Below are positions 27,160-38,085 of a DNA stretch of 64,000 nt, piece by piece. The number at the start of each line of letters is the position of its first letter. The first letter of the stretch is position 1. This DNA is from Methylophilus sp. (GTDB lineage: Bacteria > Pseudomonadota > Gammaproteobacteria > Burkholderiales > Methylophilaceae). Location: assembly GCA_030696695.1 (NCBI GenBank), contig JAUYRP010000001.1, positions 70,775 to 134,774 of the forward strand, read 5' to 3'. The position numbers and the translations under genes were made by a program. Under the pieces are notes generated by a model. That model ran no database searches. It saw nothing but the letters and a program-made list of their open reading frames with translations, and was not told the origin of the DNA.

Positions 27160-28227
27160 CTAGACCTTACATTGATAGACTGTCGCGTCCATATTTGGCG
27201 AATCTCCGCACATCAACGCAGTCACTAATGCTGCACTCGCTGGCGCCATGGTGACCCCATAACGGAAATGGCCAGTATTCAAATATAAGTTGCTAATATG
27301 CGGGTGTTGTCCAATCGTCGGAATATTGTGCGGCGTACCCGGTCGCAATCCACTCCAGTGTTTAATTACAGACGCATTTTTGAGTTGCGGCAATATCGCT
27401 TCTGCTTTGGTTTGCATTTCTGTGCGCATGGTGTCAGTCACGCCTGTATCAAACCCCACATCTTCCAAACTGCTGCCTGCCAGCAAGTAGCCATCTTTAC
27501 GCGGCACCATATAAAAACCATCGCGATAAATAATGTGGTTTGTAATGGGCTTGGGCAACTGGTAAAGCAACATCTGCCCACGCATGGGTTTAATCTCAAG
27601 GCTAAGCGCAGTGTGTTTGAGCAAATCAAAACTCCAAGCGCCAGAGGTGACAATAAACATATCCGCCTCTAAAATTTCGCCAGTGGTGGTTTGCCAACGT
27701 TTAAGTTGGCCTTGCTCGCCTATCTCTAGCTCTGGCAATGGTAGCAATTGTGTTTGCTCTTTTAGCGTGACTTGATGTTGCTCCAACCACGCTTTAAGCG
27801 CTTGTAGCAGCCTTGGGTTACGTACTTGCAATACGTCTGGTAAAAAGAGTTCTTCGCCTTGTAATTTAGCCACCACATTGTTTCTCTTGCACCATGCCAA
27901 TGCGGTTTCTAGATCAAAGGGTGGTTGCACAAGCATACCGCTACGTAAACATTCAGGATCTATACCAGTTTCACTGTGCAATTGCTCCGCCAGCCCTGGG
28001 TAGCGGCTGGCGCCTTCCAAAGCCAGCTTATTCACGGGATCTTGATAACACCAAGGCAACAGTGGAAAAATAATGCCAGCACCTGCCCATGAAGCCTCAC
28101 CAGACGTTTGCGCTGCAATGATATTGCGCTCCACGACTGTGACTTGCCAGCCCCGCTGTCTGAGCATCATGGCGGTGATGCAACCCACAATACCGCCGCC
28201 CACTACTACCACTTTTTGTGCTGACAC
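27160..28227 (-). CDS. FAD-dependent oxidoreductase, D-amino-acid/glycine oxidase (ThiO-like) family
   Basis: 355 aa. N-terminal VVVVGGGIVG fold and C-terminal WSGLRPGTP-type motif. There are no thi genes nearby, so the thiO assignment is left open. Confidence 0.75.
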   Translation of the reverse strand: MSAQKVVVVGGGIVGCITAMMLRQRGWQVTVVERNIIAAQTSGEASWAGAGIIFPLLPWCYQDPVNKLALEGASRYPGLAEQLHSETGIDPECLRSGMLVQPPFDLETALAWCKRNNVVAKLQGEELFLPDVLQVRNPRLLQALKAWLEQHQVTLKEQTQLLPLPELEIGEQGQLKRWQTTTGEILEADMFIVTSGAWSFDLLKHTALSLEIKPMRGQMLLYQLPKPITNHIIYRDGFYMVPRKDGYLLAGSSLEDVGFDTGVTDTMRTEMQTKAEAILPQLKNASVIKHWSGLRPGTPHNIPTIGQHPHISNLYLNTGHFRYGVTMAPASAALVTALMCGDSPNMDATVYQCKV

Positions 28228-28238
28228 TCAGTACCCTT

Positions 28239-30215
28239 CTATTTACCAGACACCAGAAATACTTCTGTTGCGACCAAACTTTCGTTATTGCCTAGCAATA
28301 CCAATACATCGCCATCGGATAACTCAATATCTGGTCTAGGAGTGATGGGTTCTAGCATATTGGGGCGACGTATTTTTTTCAATTCGACGCTCAGTTTTTC
28401 AAACGGAATCGTATCCAAGCGCATCCCATGCGCAAATGAATTGGTGCTAATTTCTACAGAATGCAACCGTTGCTGACGCGAGACCGAGGTTTCTGCATCG
28501 GCATCGGATATCCCACGGAAAAAGCCTTTGAACATCTTATAGCGCTCTTCGCGGAATAAGCGAATACGTTTTACTACACGGTTTAAGGGCACGCCAAGCA
28601 AGACAAGCGCGTGAGAGGCTAACATCAAGCTACCTTCTAGCACTTCTGGCACCACTTCTGTCGCACCTGCTTCTCTAAACGCTTCCATATCGGCATCGTC
28701 ATAGGTGCGCACAATCACTGGTAAATTGGGGTAGCGCTCTTGCGTCACATGCAGCACTTTCATGGAGGAACGTGTATCGGAATAACTCACAATCAAAGCT
28801 TTGGCACGCTCGGCACCTGCAGCCTCTAACACAAGGCGGCGACCAGCATCGCCATACATCACATGCTCACCCGCTACGGCCGCTTCATTGACACGGGCAG
28901 AGTCGTTATCCAAAGCGATAAAGGGAATGTTCTCTTCTTTTAAAAAGCGACCCAAATACTGACCGCTTCTGCCATAGCCACAAATAATCACATGGTCCGT
29001 AAGCTCTTTACCCACTTTGCCGATAGTTTCCACCATTTCACTGCTGTTGCGTGTGTAGCTTTTGACTAAAGCGCGCGCAATTCTGCCGTTGTACTGTATT
29101 AAAAATGGCGCAACTATCATGGAAAGTAACGAGACGCCCAATACCAATTGCAACACTTCGCCTTGTATCAAATTGTTTTTTAAACCCAAAGCTAAAATCA
29201 CAAAACTAAACTCACCTGCTTGCGCAAGGATTAAGCCTGTACGAATGCCCACGCCTGTTTCAAAGCCAAAGTAGCGGGTAAGTACTGCAATCAGCGATGC
29301 CTTGAATAGTAAGAAACCAGTTAATAGAAGCAGAGCCAGCCCGATATGGTCAAACAATTGTCCTATGTTGAGCAACATGCCCACGCTAATAAAGAATAAG
29401 CCTAATAAGATATCTCTGAATGGCGCAATGTCCGATTCCACTTGGTAACGATAACGCGTTTCAGAAATCAACATGCCCGCCACAAAAGCGCCCAATGCGT
29501 AAGACAGCCCAGCAATACTGGTGGCATAAGCCATCAACAACGTTATCATCAGCACATTCATCACAAACAACTCTCTAGAGCGTTGCTTGGCAACCAAATC
29601 AAACCAATGGTTAAGGATGTTTTTACCAAACTTGAAGAGAATAAACAGCAATACGGCAGATTTAACGAGAGAGAGCGACAACACCGTTAGCCAATCTTCG
29701 CTATGCGAGCCCAAGGTGGGAATGAGCACCAGAATAGGAATCACTGCCAAATCTTGAAATAACAAAATACCGATACTGAGACGACCATGCCTAGAGTTCA
29801 AATCTACACGTTCCATCAGTATTTTTGAGACGATAGCGGTGGAAGACATGGTGAGTGCACCGCCAATCACAAACGCGGTACCAAAACTCAAGCCAAACGC
29901 CCAGCCAAGCATTAATGCAACAAACATGCTGATGGCCACTTGCGAACCGCCTAAACCAAACAGGGTTTTCCGCATGCCATAGAGTTTGGGCAAACTAAAT
30001 TCCAGACCGATGCTAAACATCAAGAACACAATCCCAAACTCGGCAATATGCTGGCTGGACTCTGTATTTTGAATCAGCCCAAAAGCAGACGGCCCCAACA
30101 TGACGCCCACCAAAAAGTAGGCCAGCATGGCCGGCAACCTTAACGCACGAAAAATGCCTACGGCTAATACTGAGCCAATAAGCAATAACAATACTGTATT
30201 AAGTGAGTTAAACAT
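28239..30215 (-). CDS. Monovalent cation:proton antiporter-2 (CPA2, KefB/YbaL-like) with C-terminal RCK (TrkA-N + TrkA-C) domains
   Basis: 658 aa. About 12 TM segments, then a Rossmann HVIICGYGRSGQ segment and a TrkA-C-like tail. Confidence 0.88.
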   Translation of the reverse strand: MFNSLNTVLLLLIGSVLAVGIFRALRLPAMLAYFLVGVMLGPSAFGLIQNTESSQHIAEFGIVFLMFSIGLEFSLPKLYGMRKTLFGLGGSQVAISMFVALMLGWAFGLSFGTAFVIGGALTMSSTAIVSKILMERVDLNSRHGRLSIGILLFQDLAVIPILVLIPTLGSHSEDWLTVLSLSLVKSAVLLFILFKFGKNILNHWFDLVAKQRSRELFVMNVLMITLLMAYATSIAGLSYALGAFVAGMLISETRYRYQVESDIAPFRDILLGLFFISVGMLLNIGQLFDHIGLALLLLTGFLLFKASLIAVLTRYFGFETGVGIRTGLILAQAGEFSFVILALGLKNNLIQGEVLQLVLGVSLLSMIVAPFLIQYNGRIARALVKSYTRNSSEMVETIGKVGKELTDHVIICGYGRSGQYLGRFLKEENIPFIALDNDSARVNEAAVAGEHVMYGDAGRRLVLEAAGAERAKALIVSYSDTRSSMKVLHVTQERYPNLPVIVRTYDDADMEAFREAGATEVVPEVLEGSLMLASHALVLLGVPLNRVVKRIRLFREERYKMFKGFFRGISDADAETSVSRQQRLHSVEISTNSFAHGMRLDTIPFEKLSVELKKIRRPNMLEPITPRPDIELSDGDVLVLLGNNESLVATEVFLVSGK

Positions 30216-30381
30216 TGATCCTCTCTAGGTGCTTTATGTTCTTATTGATATGACGCACTATACAAAGACGCACATGATGCCAAATGCGCATAGGCAAAAA
30301 TTGTGCCTACTTTTAAAATTTTAACTTGAATCTACGTTTTTTACTTTATTCGAGGCGGATTACCTTGTTATACTAACTTCT

Positions 30382-31401
30382 ATGTCAACATCCAACTTAC
30401 AAATGATACCTAATGCGATGTCAAGCTCTGCAGAAAAGCAATCTTCCCTAGCGCTGGCTAAAAAAGTGCTGTTGCTGGAAGCAAGCGAAATTGAAATGCT
30501 TGCAGGGCGATTAGATGCACAATTTGAGTGCGCTGTTGAGCTCATTTTACATTGCCGTGGTCGCGTTGTGGTGAGTGGCATGGGAAAATCTGGACATATC
30601 GGCCGAAAAATTGCGGCAACGCTTGCCAGCACTGGTACCCCCGCTTTTTTTATGCATCCTGCTGAAGCCAGCCATGGTGATTTGGGTATGATCACGGGCG
30701 AAGATGTCGTGATTGCACTTTCTAACTCTGGTGAAAGTGATGAAATCATCACTATCCTACCGACCATTAAACGATTAGGCGCCAAAATCATTAGCATCAC
30801 CGGCACAGACACCTCAACATTAGCCAAAGAATCGCACGTCCATTTGAGCGCCAAAGTATCACAAGAGGCTTGCCCTTTGGGCTTGTCGCCAACGGCTAGC
30901 ACCACAGCTGCGCTCGCCTTGGGCGATGCTCTAGCATTGTGCGTATTAGATTTACGCGAATTTACCGCAGAAGATTTTGCAAGATCACACCCTGGTGGCA
31001 ATTTGGGCAGAAAACTACTCACCCGCGTGAAAGATGTGATGCGCACAGGTGCAGCGATTCCATGTGTACAAGACAATGCCATTTTGACAGATGCCTTGCT
31101 GGAAATGACCAAGAAAGGCATGGGCTTCACAGCGATTGTGGACGCAAACCATCATCCTGTAGGCATCTTTACCGATGGCGATTTGCGCCGCGCGTTTTTC
31201 AACAATGTATCGCCTAGCGAGACCACCATTGCACAAGTGATGCATACTGCACCCAAAACCATATATTTAGATCAAATGGCGGTAGAAGCAGTAGAAATGA
31301 TGGAAACCCATCAAATTAACGCGCTGATGGTAGTGAATCACGCACAAGAATTGATAGGTGCATTTAATATGCATGACTTACTCAAAGCAAAGGTAGTGTA
31401 A
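30382..31401 (+). CDS. kdsD: Arabinose-5-phosphate isomerase (KdsD/KpsF family)
   Basis: SIS domain VVVSGMGKSGHIG plus a tandem CBS pair. Followed by kdsC-lptCAB, as in E. coli. Confidence 0.9.
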   Translation: MSTSNLQMIPNAMSSSAEKQSSLALAKKVLLLEASEIEMLAGRLDAQFECAVELILHCRGRVVVSGMGKSGHIGRKIAATLASTGTPAFFMHPAEASHGDLGMITGEDVVIALSNSGESDEIITILPTIKRLGAKIISITGTDTSTLAKESHVHLSAKVSQEACPLGLSPTASTTAALALGDALALCVLDLREFTAEDFARSHPGGNLGRKLLTRVKDVMRTGAAIPCVQDNAILTDALLEMTKKGMGFTAIVDANHHPVGIFTDGDLRRAFFNNVSPSETTIAQVMHTAPKTIYLDQMAVEAVEMMETHQINALMVVNHAQELIGAFNMHDLLKAKVV

Positions 31402-31931
31402 TGAATCAAGATGTATTGCAACGTGCAAAACTCATCAAACTAGTGATTTTTGATGTGGATGGTGTGTTGACGGACGGGGGCTTGACCATCGGCGATGATG
31501 GTCAAGAATACAAAACATTTAATACCCAAGATGGCTTGGGCATGAAACTGCTCAAGAACAGTGGTGTGCAAATGGCCATCATTACAGGCCGCACCTCTAA
31601 AGTGGTGACGCAACGTGCTGAAAGCACAGGTGTTGCCCATTTTTATCAAGGGGTAGATGATAAGTTGGTCGCTTTTAATGATTTGATTGCAAAGCTTAAT
31701 TTAACGCCTGAGCAAACGGCTTTTATGGGCGATGATGTCGTTGACATGCCGCCTATGTTGCGTTGCGGACTGAGCATCACAGTGCCGGCTGCACCCAAAT
31801 CAGTGCAAGCGCGTGCGCATTACATTACGCAAAAAGAAGGTGGTCGCGGTGCGGTGCGCGAAGTGTGCGAGCTGATTATGCAAGCGCAAAATACACTAGA
31901 GGCCCAAATGGCGCCTTTTTTTGAATGTTGA
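31401..31931 (+). CDS. kdsC: 3-deoxy-D-manno-octulosonate 8-phosphate phosphatase
   Basis: HAD motif VIFDVDGVLTDG. 176 aa. Conserved position. Confidence 0.9.
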   Translation: MNQDVLQRAKLIKLVIFDVDGVLTDGGLTIGDDGQEYKTFNTQDGLGMKLLKNSGVQMAIITGRTSKVVTQRAESTGVAHFYQGVDDKLVAFNDLIAKLNLTPEQTAFMGDDVVDMPPMLRCGLSITVPAAPKSVQARAHYITQKEGGRGAVREVCELIMQAQNTLEAQMAPFFEC

Positions 31932-31943
31932 TGTCCACTATTC

Positions 31944-32660
31944 ATGCAAAACCGTTATGCCATTATGTTTCCACTCACGCTAGTCTTTTTGATGGCGCTG
32001 ATTACATTTTGGATTAATCAAACGGTGCAAGAACAAGGACCAAGAATTGATGGCAGTAATCGACACGATGCCGACTACAAACTGCATAACTTTGTGACGA
32101 CACAATCAGATGTCAATGGGAAATTGCGCTATGTACTGGCTGCAACGCAGATGGTGCATTACCCCGATGATGACACCACAGAGTTGCAACGCCCTAAGTT
32201 CACCCAATTTGGTGTTGATAAGCCATACTCGCAAATTCAAGGCTTACGCGGCTATGTCTCTAGCGATGGTGAAACTGTAGAGTTTGTCGATAACGTGAAG
32301 GTCGTGCGCGAGGCCACCGCTGAAAAAGGACAAATGCAATTGCTGACCGATAAACTGACCATTGTGCCAGACAAAGATTTGGCGACGACTGACAGCCCTG
32401 TCACCATTACGCAAGCGCCCAAAACCAAAGTGACTGCGGTTGGCATGGTATTCGATAAGAAAAATCAAACCATGACCTTACTCAACAGAGTGCGCGCACA
32501 TTATGAGCGTCCAACGCCAAAAAACATTGCGCCTGTGAAATCAACTGCCAACACAAAAGCCAGCACTAGCAAGCAGAATGCAACTAAATTGACGCGTAAA
32601 ACGAACATCACGCCAACTACCAAGCGTGTTCAAAAACAAAGTGTTATAAAGAAACCGTAG
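31944..32660 (+). CDS. lptC: LPS export system protein LptC (with K/T-rich C-terminal extension)
   Basis: N-terminal TM anchor plus a beta-jellyroll-length domain. Located between kdsC and lptA. Confidence 0.8.
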   Translation: MQNRYAIMFPLTLVFLMALITFWINQTVQEQGPRIDGSNRHDADYKLHNFVTTQSDVNGKLRYVLAATQMVHYPDDDTTELQRPKFTQFGVDKPYSQIQGLRGYVSSDGETVEFVDNVKVVREATAEKGQMQLLTDKLTIVPDKDLATTDSPVTITQAPKTKVTAVGMVFDKKNQTMTLLNRVRAHYERPTPKNIAPVKSTANTKASTSKQNATKLTRKTNITPTTKRVQKQSVIKKP

Positions 32661-32669
32661 GGAGAATGA

Positions 32670-33329
32670 ATGTTTAAGCGTATTTATACCAGTGCTTGCC
32701 TGCTCAGCATGATATTTTGGCTACCATTGCAAGCATGGGCTGAAGCGTCTGATCGTGATCAACCGATTGAACTTGAAGCCGACACGGTAACCGTCAATGA
32801 TGCGAAGAAAACCAGCACTTACACTGGCAAAGTGATTTTAACGCAGGGTACTTTGGTGATTCATGCCGATAAATTGGTGGTGCGTGAAGACAAAGATGGC
32901 TTTCAACACAGCACCTCTACAGGCAACCCCACTACGTTCAAGCAAAAGCGGCAAGGCAGGGATGAGTACATGGAAGGCAGTGCGCAACGCATTGAATATG
33001 ACGGGCGCATGGACAAAGTGCAGTTGTACACAAAAGCTTGGGTTAAACGTGGTGAAGACATCGTGCACGGCGACTTTATTAGCTATGACGCGAATGCGGA
33101 ATATGCCGAGGTCATAGGCGGCGTTAAATCAACGACGGAAGGTGGCAATAGTGGCCGAGTCAAAGCCATTATTCAGCCAAAAAATAAACAAGAAGCACCG
33201 AAAGCACCTGCAAAAGGTAGTGAAAATTCACCACCAGCCAATAATTTGAGGCTGAATAAAACACTTCAATTTGGCTTACAACCAAAAGAAGAAAACCAAT
33301 CAGCCTCAACGCAAATGGAGTCACCTTAG
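32670..33329 (+). CDS. lptA: LPS transport periplasmic protein LptA (OstA-like)
   Basis: Signal peptide, then [31 protein letters not shown], an OstA-type N-terminal pattern. Confidence 0.88.
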   Translation: MFKRIYTSACLLSMIFWLPLQAWAEASDRDQPIELEADTVTVNDAKKTSTYTGKVILTQGTLVIHADKLVVREDKDGFQHSTSTGNPTTFKQKRQGRDEYMEGSAQRIEYDGRMDKVQLYTKAWVKRGEDIVHGDFISYDANAEYAEVIGGVKSTTEGGNSGRVKAIIQPKNKQEAPKAPAKGSENSPPANNLRLNKTLQFGLQPKEENQSASTQMESP

Positions 33330-33333
33330 ACCT

Positions 33334-34056
33334 ATGAGCGAACTCGTCGTCGAAAATTTACGTAAATCGTATAAAACACGTACTGTCGTACAAGATATTT
33401 CTCTGAAAATTCATAGTGGTGAAATCATTGGCTTGCTAGGCCCAAATGGCGCAGGCAAAACTACCAGTTTTTATATGATGGTGGGATTGGTCACGTTGGA
33501 TGCAGGGCGTATTTTGCTAGATGGTAAAGATTTAAGCCGCATGCCTATACACAGCCGTGCACGTATGGGCTTGTCTTATTTGCCACAAGAGCCGTCTATT
33601 TTTAGAAAAATGACGGTCGCTGAAAACATCATGGCAGTGCTTGAGCTACAAAATTTGACCGAGCAAGAGCAAGAAGCACAATTAGAATCCCTGCTACAAG
33701 AACTGCACATTGTGCATATACGCAACAGCATGGCAGTCAGTTTATCGGGCGGTGAACGTAGACGTGTTGAAATTGCCCGTTGCCTAGCCACGAATCCTAG
33801 TTTTATTTTACTAGACGAACCGTTTGCAGGTATTGACCCAATTGCGGTATTGGATATTCAAAAAATTATCCGTTTTTTAAGCAGTAAAAATATAGGCGTC
33901 CTCATCACAGACCACAATGTACGTGAAACATTAGGGATTTGTGACCGCGCTTATATTGTGAACGATGGGACCTTATTTGCCTCTGGCAGCCCAGATGAAA
34001 TTGTACAAGATGAAGCCGTACGCGAAGTGTATTTAGGCCGGGACTTTAGACTTTAA
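33334..34056 (+). CDS. lptB: LPS export ABC transporter ATP-binding protein LptB
   Basis: Walker [10 protein letters not shown], signature LSGGERRRV, Walker B ILLDEP. Start set at MSELVVENL, because the longer ORF overlaps lptA. Confidence 0.95.
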   Translation: MSELVVENLRKSYKTRTVVQDISLKIHSGEIIGLLGPNGAGKTTSFYMMVGLVTLDAGRILLDGKDLSRMPIHSRARMGLSYLPQEPSIFRKMTVAENIMAVLELQNLTEQEQEAQLESLLQELHIVHIRNSMAVSLSGGERRRVEIARCLATNPSFILLDEPFAGIDPIAVLDIQKIIRFLSSKNIGVLITDHNVRETLGICDRAYIVNDGTLFASGSPDEIVQDEAVREVYLGRDFRL

Positions 34057-34070
34057 CCACTTTGAATGCT

Positions 34071-35615
34071 ATGAAACAAAACTTACAACTCCGTATCTCT
34101 CAAAATCTTGCGCTCACACCGCAACTGCAGCAATCTATCCGTCTGTTGCAGTTGTCTACTATTGAGCTGAATCAAGAATTAGAAACTATCCTGCAAGACA
34201 ACCCATTGCTTGAACTGGTAGAAGGTGAAGACGACGGCGGCACTGCTGATACTGCACCTGCAAACAGCACAGAAGAAACCATCGGTAGCAACAGCGAGAT
34301 TGAAGTAGACAGCAATGCTTTTGACAGCGCAAGCACCTCGGAAATTAGCGCGCCAGCTGAAAGCACAATTGAGCGCGACGATGAGTTAGCGCCCACTTCA
34401 GATGAGTTTACCAGCCCAGAATTTGAAGATGAATACGACGAGTACGGTAGCACCAGTAATTGGGACGAAGGTGGTCGTCAGAATAATTCTGACGATGACG
34501 ATGGCGATTTCACGCGGCAAGATACCGTCAGCATCAGCCTGCGTGACCACCTGCTGGGTCAACTCAAACTAGTCCCGCTTTCAGAACGTGATCAGACTTT
34601 AGTGTCTATCATGATTGATTGCATTAACGATGATGGCTATTTTGAGCAATCCCTTGATGCCTTGGCAGAAAGCCTACCGCTTGAGCTAGAGATTGATATG
34701 CTTGAGTTAGAAACGGTTTTGAAGCTGATCCAAAACTTAGACCCTGTCGGTGTGGGCGCGCGCAACTTACAAGAATGCTTGGGCTTGCAACTGAATGCAT
34801 TAAGCCCTGATACTCCATATCTCAAGCAAGCTAGAGCCATTATCCAAGACTATTTGCCTGTGCTAGCCAATAAGGATTTTGGCAAACTTAGAAAATTGCT
34901 CAACTGCGATGAAGCCACGCTCAAGGGCGCGCAAACGCTCATCAAACAACAAAACCCCAAACCAGGCAGCGACTTTGTCACACTATCGCACGACCATTAC
35001 ATTCAGCACGATGTGATTGTGAAAAAAATTAAAGGGATTTGGGTAGCTACCTTGAATGATGGCGTGATTCCAAAATTACGCATCAATCAACTGTATGCCG
35101 ATATCTTGAAACGTAACCGTGAAAATTCTGGGCAGTACTTGCAAAGTCAGATGCAAGAGGCCAAATGGATGATTAAAAATATCCAGCAACGCTTCTCGAC
35201 TATTTTGCGCGTCTCCCAAGCCATTGTTGACAGACAACGCAACTTTTTTGAGCATGGGGATATTGCTATGCGCCCATTGGTGTTACGTGAGATTGCAGAA
35301 GAGCTTGAGTTGCACGAATCGACCATTTCACGGGTAACCACGCATAAGTACATGCTCACTCCACGCGGTGTGTATGAGCTTAAATATTTCTTTGGCAGCT
35401 CGGTAGCAACAGACGTAGGCGGCACGTGTTCTGCCACTGCGATTCGCGCATTGATTAAACAAATGGTGGCGGAAGAAAACCCTAAAAAGCCATTGTCTGA
35501 CAATCAAATAACGGACACATTAGCCAATCAAGGCATTGTAGTGGCGCGCCGCACCATTGCGAAATATCGTGAGTCGCTCAATATTCCGCCAGCCAACCTA
35601 AGGAAGTCACTCTAG
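34071..35615 (+). CDS. rpoN: RNA polymerase sigma-54 factor
   Basis: N-terminal MKQNLQLRISQNLALTPQLQQSIRLLQLS. Long acidic region II. RpoN box ARRTIAKYRE. Confidence 0.95.
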   Translation: MKQNLQLRISQNLALTPQLQQSIRLLQLSTIELNQELETILQDNPLLELVEGEDDGGTADTAPANSTEETIGSNSEIEVDSNAFDSASTSEISAPAESTIERDDELAPTSDEFTSPEFEDEYDEYGSTSNWDEGGRQNNSDDDDGDFTRQDTVSISLRDHLLGQLKLVPLSERDQTLVSIMIDCINDDGYFEQSLDALAESLPLELEIDMLELETVLKLIQNLDPVGVGARNLQECLGLQLNALSPDTPYLKQARAIIQDYLPVLANKDFGKLRKLLNCDEATLKGAQTLIKQQNPKPGSDFVTLSHDHYIQHDVIVKKIKGIWVATLNDGVIPKLRINQLYADILKRNRENSGQYLQSQMQEAKWMIKNIQQRFSTILRVSQAIVDRQRNFFEHGDIAMRPLVLREIAEELELHESTISRVTTHKYMLTPRGVYELKYFFGSSVATDVGGTCSATAIRALIKQMVAEENPKKPLSDNQITDTLANQGIVVARRTIAKYRESLNIPPANLRKSL

Positions 35616-35741
35616 ATTTGATGCAGCGCAAAATTATCGTGAATAGTGCAATTGGATAGTTGCAAGCCTGCGTCAAAGTAGTACACTGAAATTGTTTTGA
35701 GGCGTATCTTCTCTCAAGACAATTTCAAAAAGGAGCAAGTC

Positions 35742-36080
35742 ATGAATTTACAATTAACTGGGCATCACTTAGAAATCACTCCTGCGTTACGTGAGTACGT
35801 GCAAAACAAACTCACACGCATCAGCAATCACTTCGATCATGTGATTGATATTAAAGTTACTATGTCTGTAGAAAAACTCGCCCAAAAGGTAGAGGCTACA
35901 CTGCATGTGCCAGGCAACGATTTACACGCTGCTTGTGCTGACGAGAATATGTATAGCGCCATTGACATGTTGACGGACAAACTAGACCGTCAAGTGCTCA
36001 AACATAAAGAGAAACAAGGCGATCATCACAAAACCAATGGTGCTGTAAAACATCAGAATGTTGATCAGTTACTTAATTAA
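35742..36080 (+). CDS. hpf: Ribosome hibernation promoting factor
   Basis: MNLQLTGHHLEITPALREYV start. 112 aa. Immediately downstream of rpoN. Confidence 0.9.
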   Translation: MNLQLTGHHLEITPALREYVQNKLTRISNHFDHVIDIKVTMSVEKLAQKVEATLHVPGNDLHAACADENMYSAIDMLTDKLDRQVLKHKEKQGDHHKTNGAVKHQNVDQLLN

Positions 36081-36097
36081 TAATTTTTTCTCAACCT

Positions 36098-37048
36098 ATG
36101 GCTCAAATTAACGTCGATGAGCTGTTCACACAAATCCGCCGCAAGCTCAAGTTACAATGGGTAGCTGGGCTTGATGGCGGTAATAAAATACTCACTTCTG
36201 GTACTGTCACCAAACCTTCTCTCGCTCTAGTCGGTCATCTCAACTTCGTACACCCTAATCGCGTGCAAGTACTCGGTTGCGCCGAGATGGATTACTTGCG
36301 TAGTCAAAGCATTATTGCAATGCAACAATCGATTACCAATTTATTTGCCACCGATTTAGCCGCTGTTGTAGTAGCAAACGGTGAAAAGCCGCCTGATGAA
36401 CTGATTAAAGCTGCTGACCGAGCCAACACACCCCTGTTTACCTCCCCGATGCCCAGTCCGCAACTAATGGAGTTGCTAGGGCACTATTTGGCCACTGCCA
36501 CAGCCGAATCCACCAGCCTGCATGGCGTATTCATGGAAGTACAAGGCTTTGGTGTACTGATTAAGGGCAACCCAGCTATCGGCAAAAGCGAATTGGCGCT
36601 GGAGCTCATTTCGCGTGGTCACCGCTTGGTGGCGGATGACATTGTAGACTTTTACCGTATTTCGCCTGAACGCGTTGAAGGGCGTTGCCCAGAGTTATTG
36701 CAAGACTTCTTAGAGGTACGCGGTTTGGGCATACTGAACATCCGGGCATTATTTGGTGATAATGCGGTCAAACCAACCAAGCCGCTAGATTTGATGATTC
36801 AATTGGAATTGGCCGATGCGTTGAGCCCACATAAACTAGACCGCTTAAATGCCAAAACACAGTTTGAACGTGTGTTAGAGGTGGACATTAGTAAGGTAGT
36901 AATTCCTATTGCAGCGGGGCGCAATATCGCGGTGCTAGTAGAGGTTGCGGTACGTAATCACATGCTATTATTGCGCGGTATTAATGCAACACAGCAATTT
37001 ATCAAACGCCAAAAACAGATCATGCTAAGAGAAAGCAAGAAACGATAA
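36098..37048 (+). CDS. hprK: HPr kinase/phosphorylase
   Basis: P-loop GNPAIGKSELALEL and signature LEVRGLGILN. 316 aa. Confidence 0.9.
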   Translation: MAQINVDELFTQIRRKLKLQWVAGLDGGNKILTSGTVTKPSLALVGHLNFVHPNRVQVLGCAEMDYLRSQSIIAMQQSITNLFATDLAAVVVANGEKPPDELIKAADRANTPLFTSPMPSPQLMELLGHYLATATAESTSLHGVFMEVQGFGVLIKGNPAIGKSELALELISRGHRLVADDIVDFYRISPERVEGRCPELLQDFLEVRGLGILNIRALFGDNAVKPTKPLDLMIQLELADALSPHKLDRLNAKTQFERVLEVDISKVVIPIAAGRNIAVLVEVAVRNHMLLLRGINATQQFIKRQKQIMLRESKKR

Positions 37049-37196
37049 CAATGTTACCCAGCGCATTATCCAATACTTCAACTGTTTGGCATGCAGTGCA
37101 AGGTGTGCGGAACGCTAATCCTGAATCATTAAGCCACATTAAGGCAAAGGAACAAGCACTGCACCACACCGCACGTCATCCAAAGATTGGATTGTT

Positions 37197-38063
37197 ATGC
37201 AGCTAATTATTGTCACAGGGCTTTCTGGCTCTGGCAAGACTATTGCATTGCGCGTGCTAGAAGACAGCGGTTTTTATTGCATTGATAACTTACCTGCCAC
37301 ACTCCTACCGCAAATCGCACAGCACCTAGAAACAGATGGGCTGCACCAAACTTCCAAAGATAAAAAAGTCGCCATTAGTATTGATAGCCGCAGTGCAGCG
37401 TTGAAGGCGCTACCAGATGCGATTGCGCAGTTAAAATCCGACGGCATCAGTGTCAGCGTATTATATTTAGACTCCACCTTAGAAAGCCTAGTGAAACGCT
37501 TCTCTGAGACCAGACGTAAGCACCCGCTCAGCAATGAAAAATCCACGCTCGCCGAAAGCATACTTGAGGAGCGTGAACTACTAACGGGGTTGGCCAGCTT
37601 GGGTCATCATATTGATACCAGCAGTCTAAGCGCCAATGCGCTACGTAATCATATTCGTGATTGGATTGCCGAGCCAAACAGTGACATTACCAATAGCGTG
37701 GTGGTGCTATTCGTGTCGTTTGGCTTTAAACACGGCATACCGCTAGATGCGGATTTTGTATTTGATGTACGCAGCTTGCCTAATCCGCATTACGACCCAG
37801 AATTGCGGCCACTGACAGGTAAAGATGCACCTATTCAGCAATTTCTTGAAAAAGAAAACATGGTGCTGGAAATGTTGGGGGATATTCAACAATATTTGGA
37901 AAAATGGTTACCTAGCTTTAATCAAGATAATCGCAGTTATCTCACCATTGGGATCGGCTGCACGGGTGGGCAACATCGCTCAGTTTATTTAGTTGAACAA
38001 CTCAGCGCACATTTTAAGCATCAATATAAGGTGATTGTGCGTCATCGCGAGTTGATTCATTGA
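37197..38063 (+). CDS. rapZ: RNase adapter protein RapZ (YhbJ)
   Basis: MQLIIVTGLSGSGKTIALRVLEDSGFYCIDNLP and C-terminal GCTGGQHRSV motif. Confidence 0.92.
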   Translation: MQLIIVTGLSGSGKTIALRVLEDSGFYCIDNLPATLLPQIAQHLETDGLHQTSKDKKVAISIDSRSAALKALPDAIAQLKSDGISVSVLYLDSTLESLVKRFSETRRKHPLSNEKSTLAESILEERELLTGLASLGHHIDTSSLSANALRNHIRDWIAEPNSDITNSVVVLFVSFGFKHGIPLDADFVFDVRSLPNPHYDPELRPLTGKDAPIQQFLEKENMVLEMLGDIQQYLEKWLPSFNQDNRSYLTIGIGCTGGQHRSVYLVEQLSAHFKHQYKVIVRHRELIH

Positions 38064-38085
38064 TGTATTGAAAGAAGGCTGCAAC

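Noticed and set aside
30360-31130. 256-aa ORF on the - strand
   Set aside because: It is antisense to kdsD, which has clear SIS and CBS motifs. It has no motifs and an Ala/Ser-rich shadow-frame composition.
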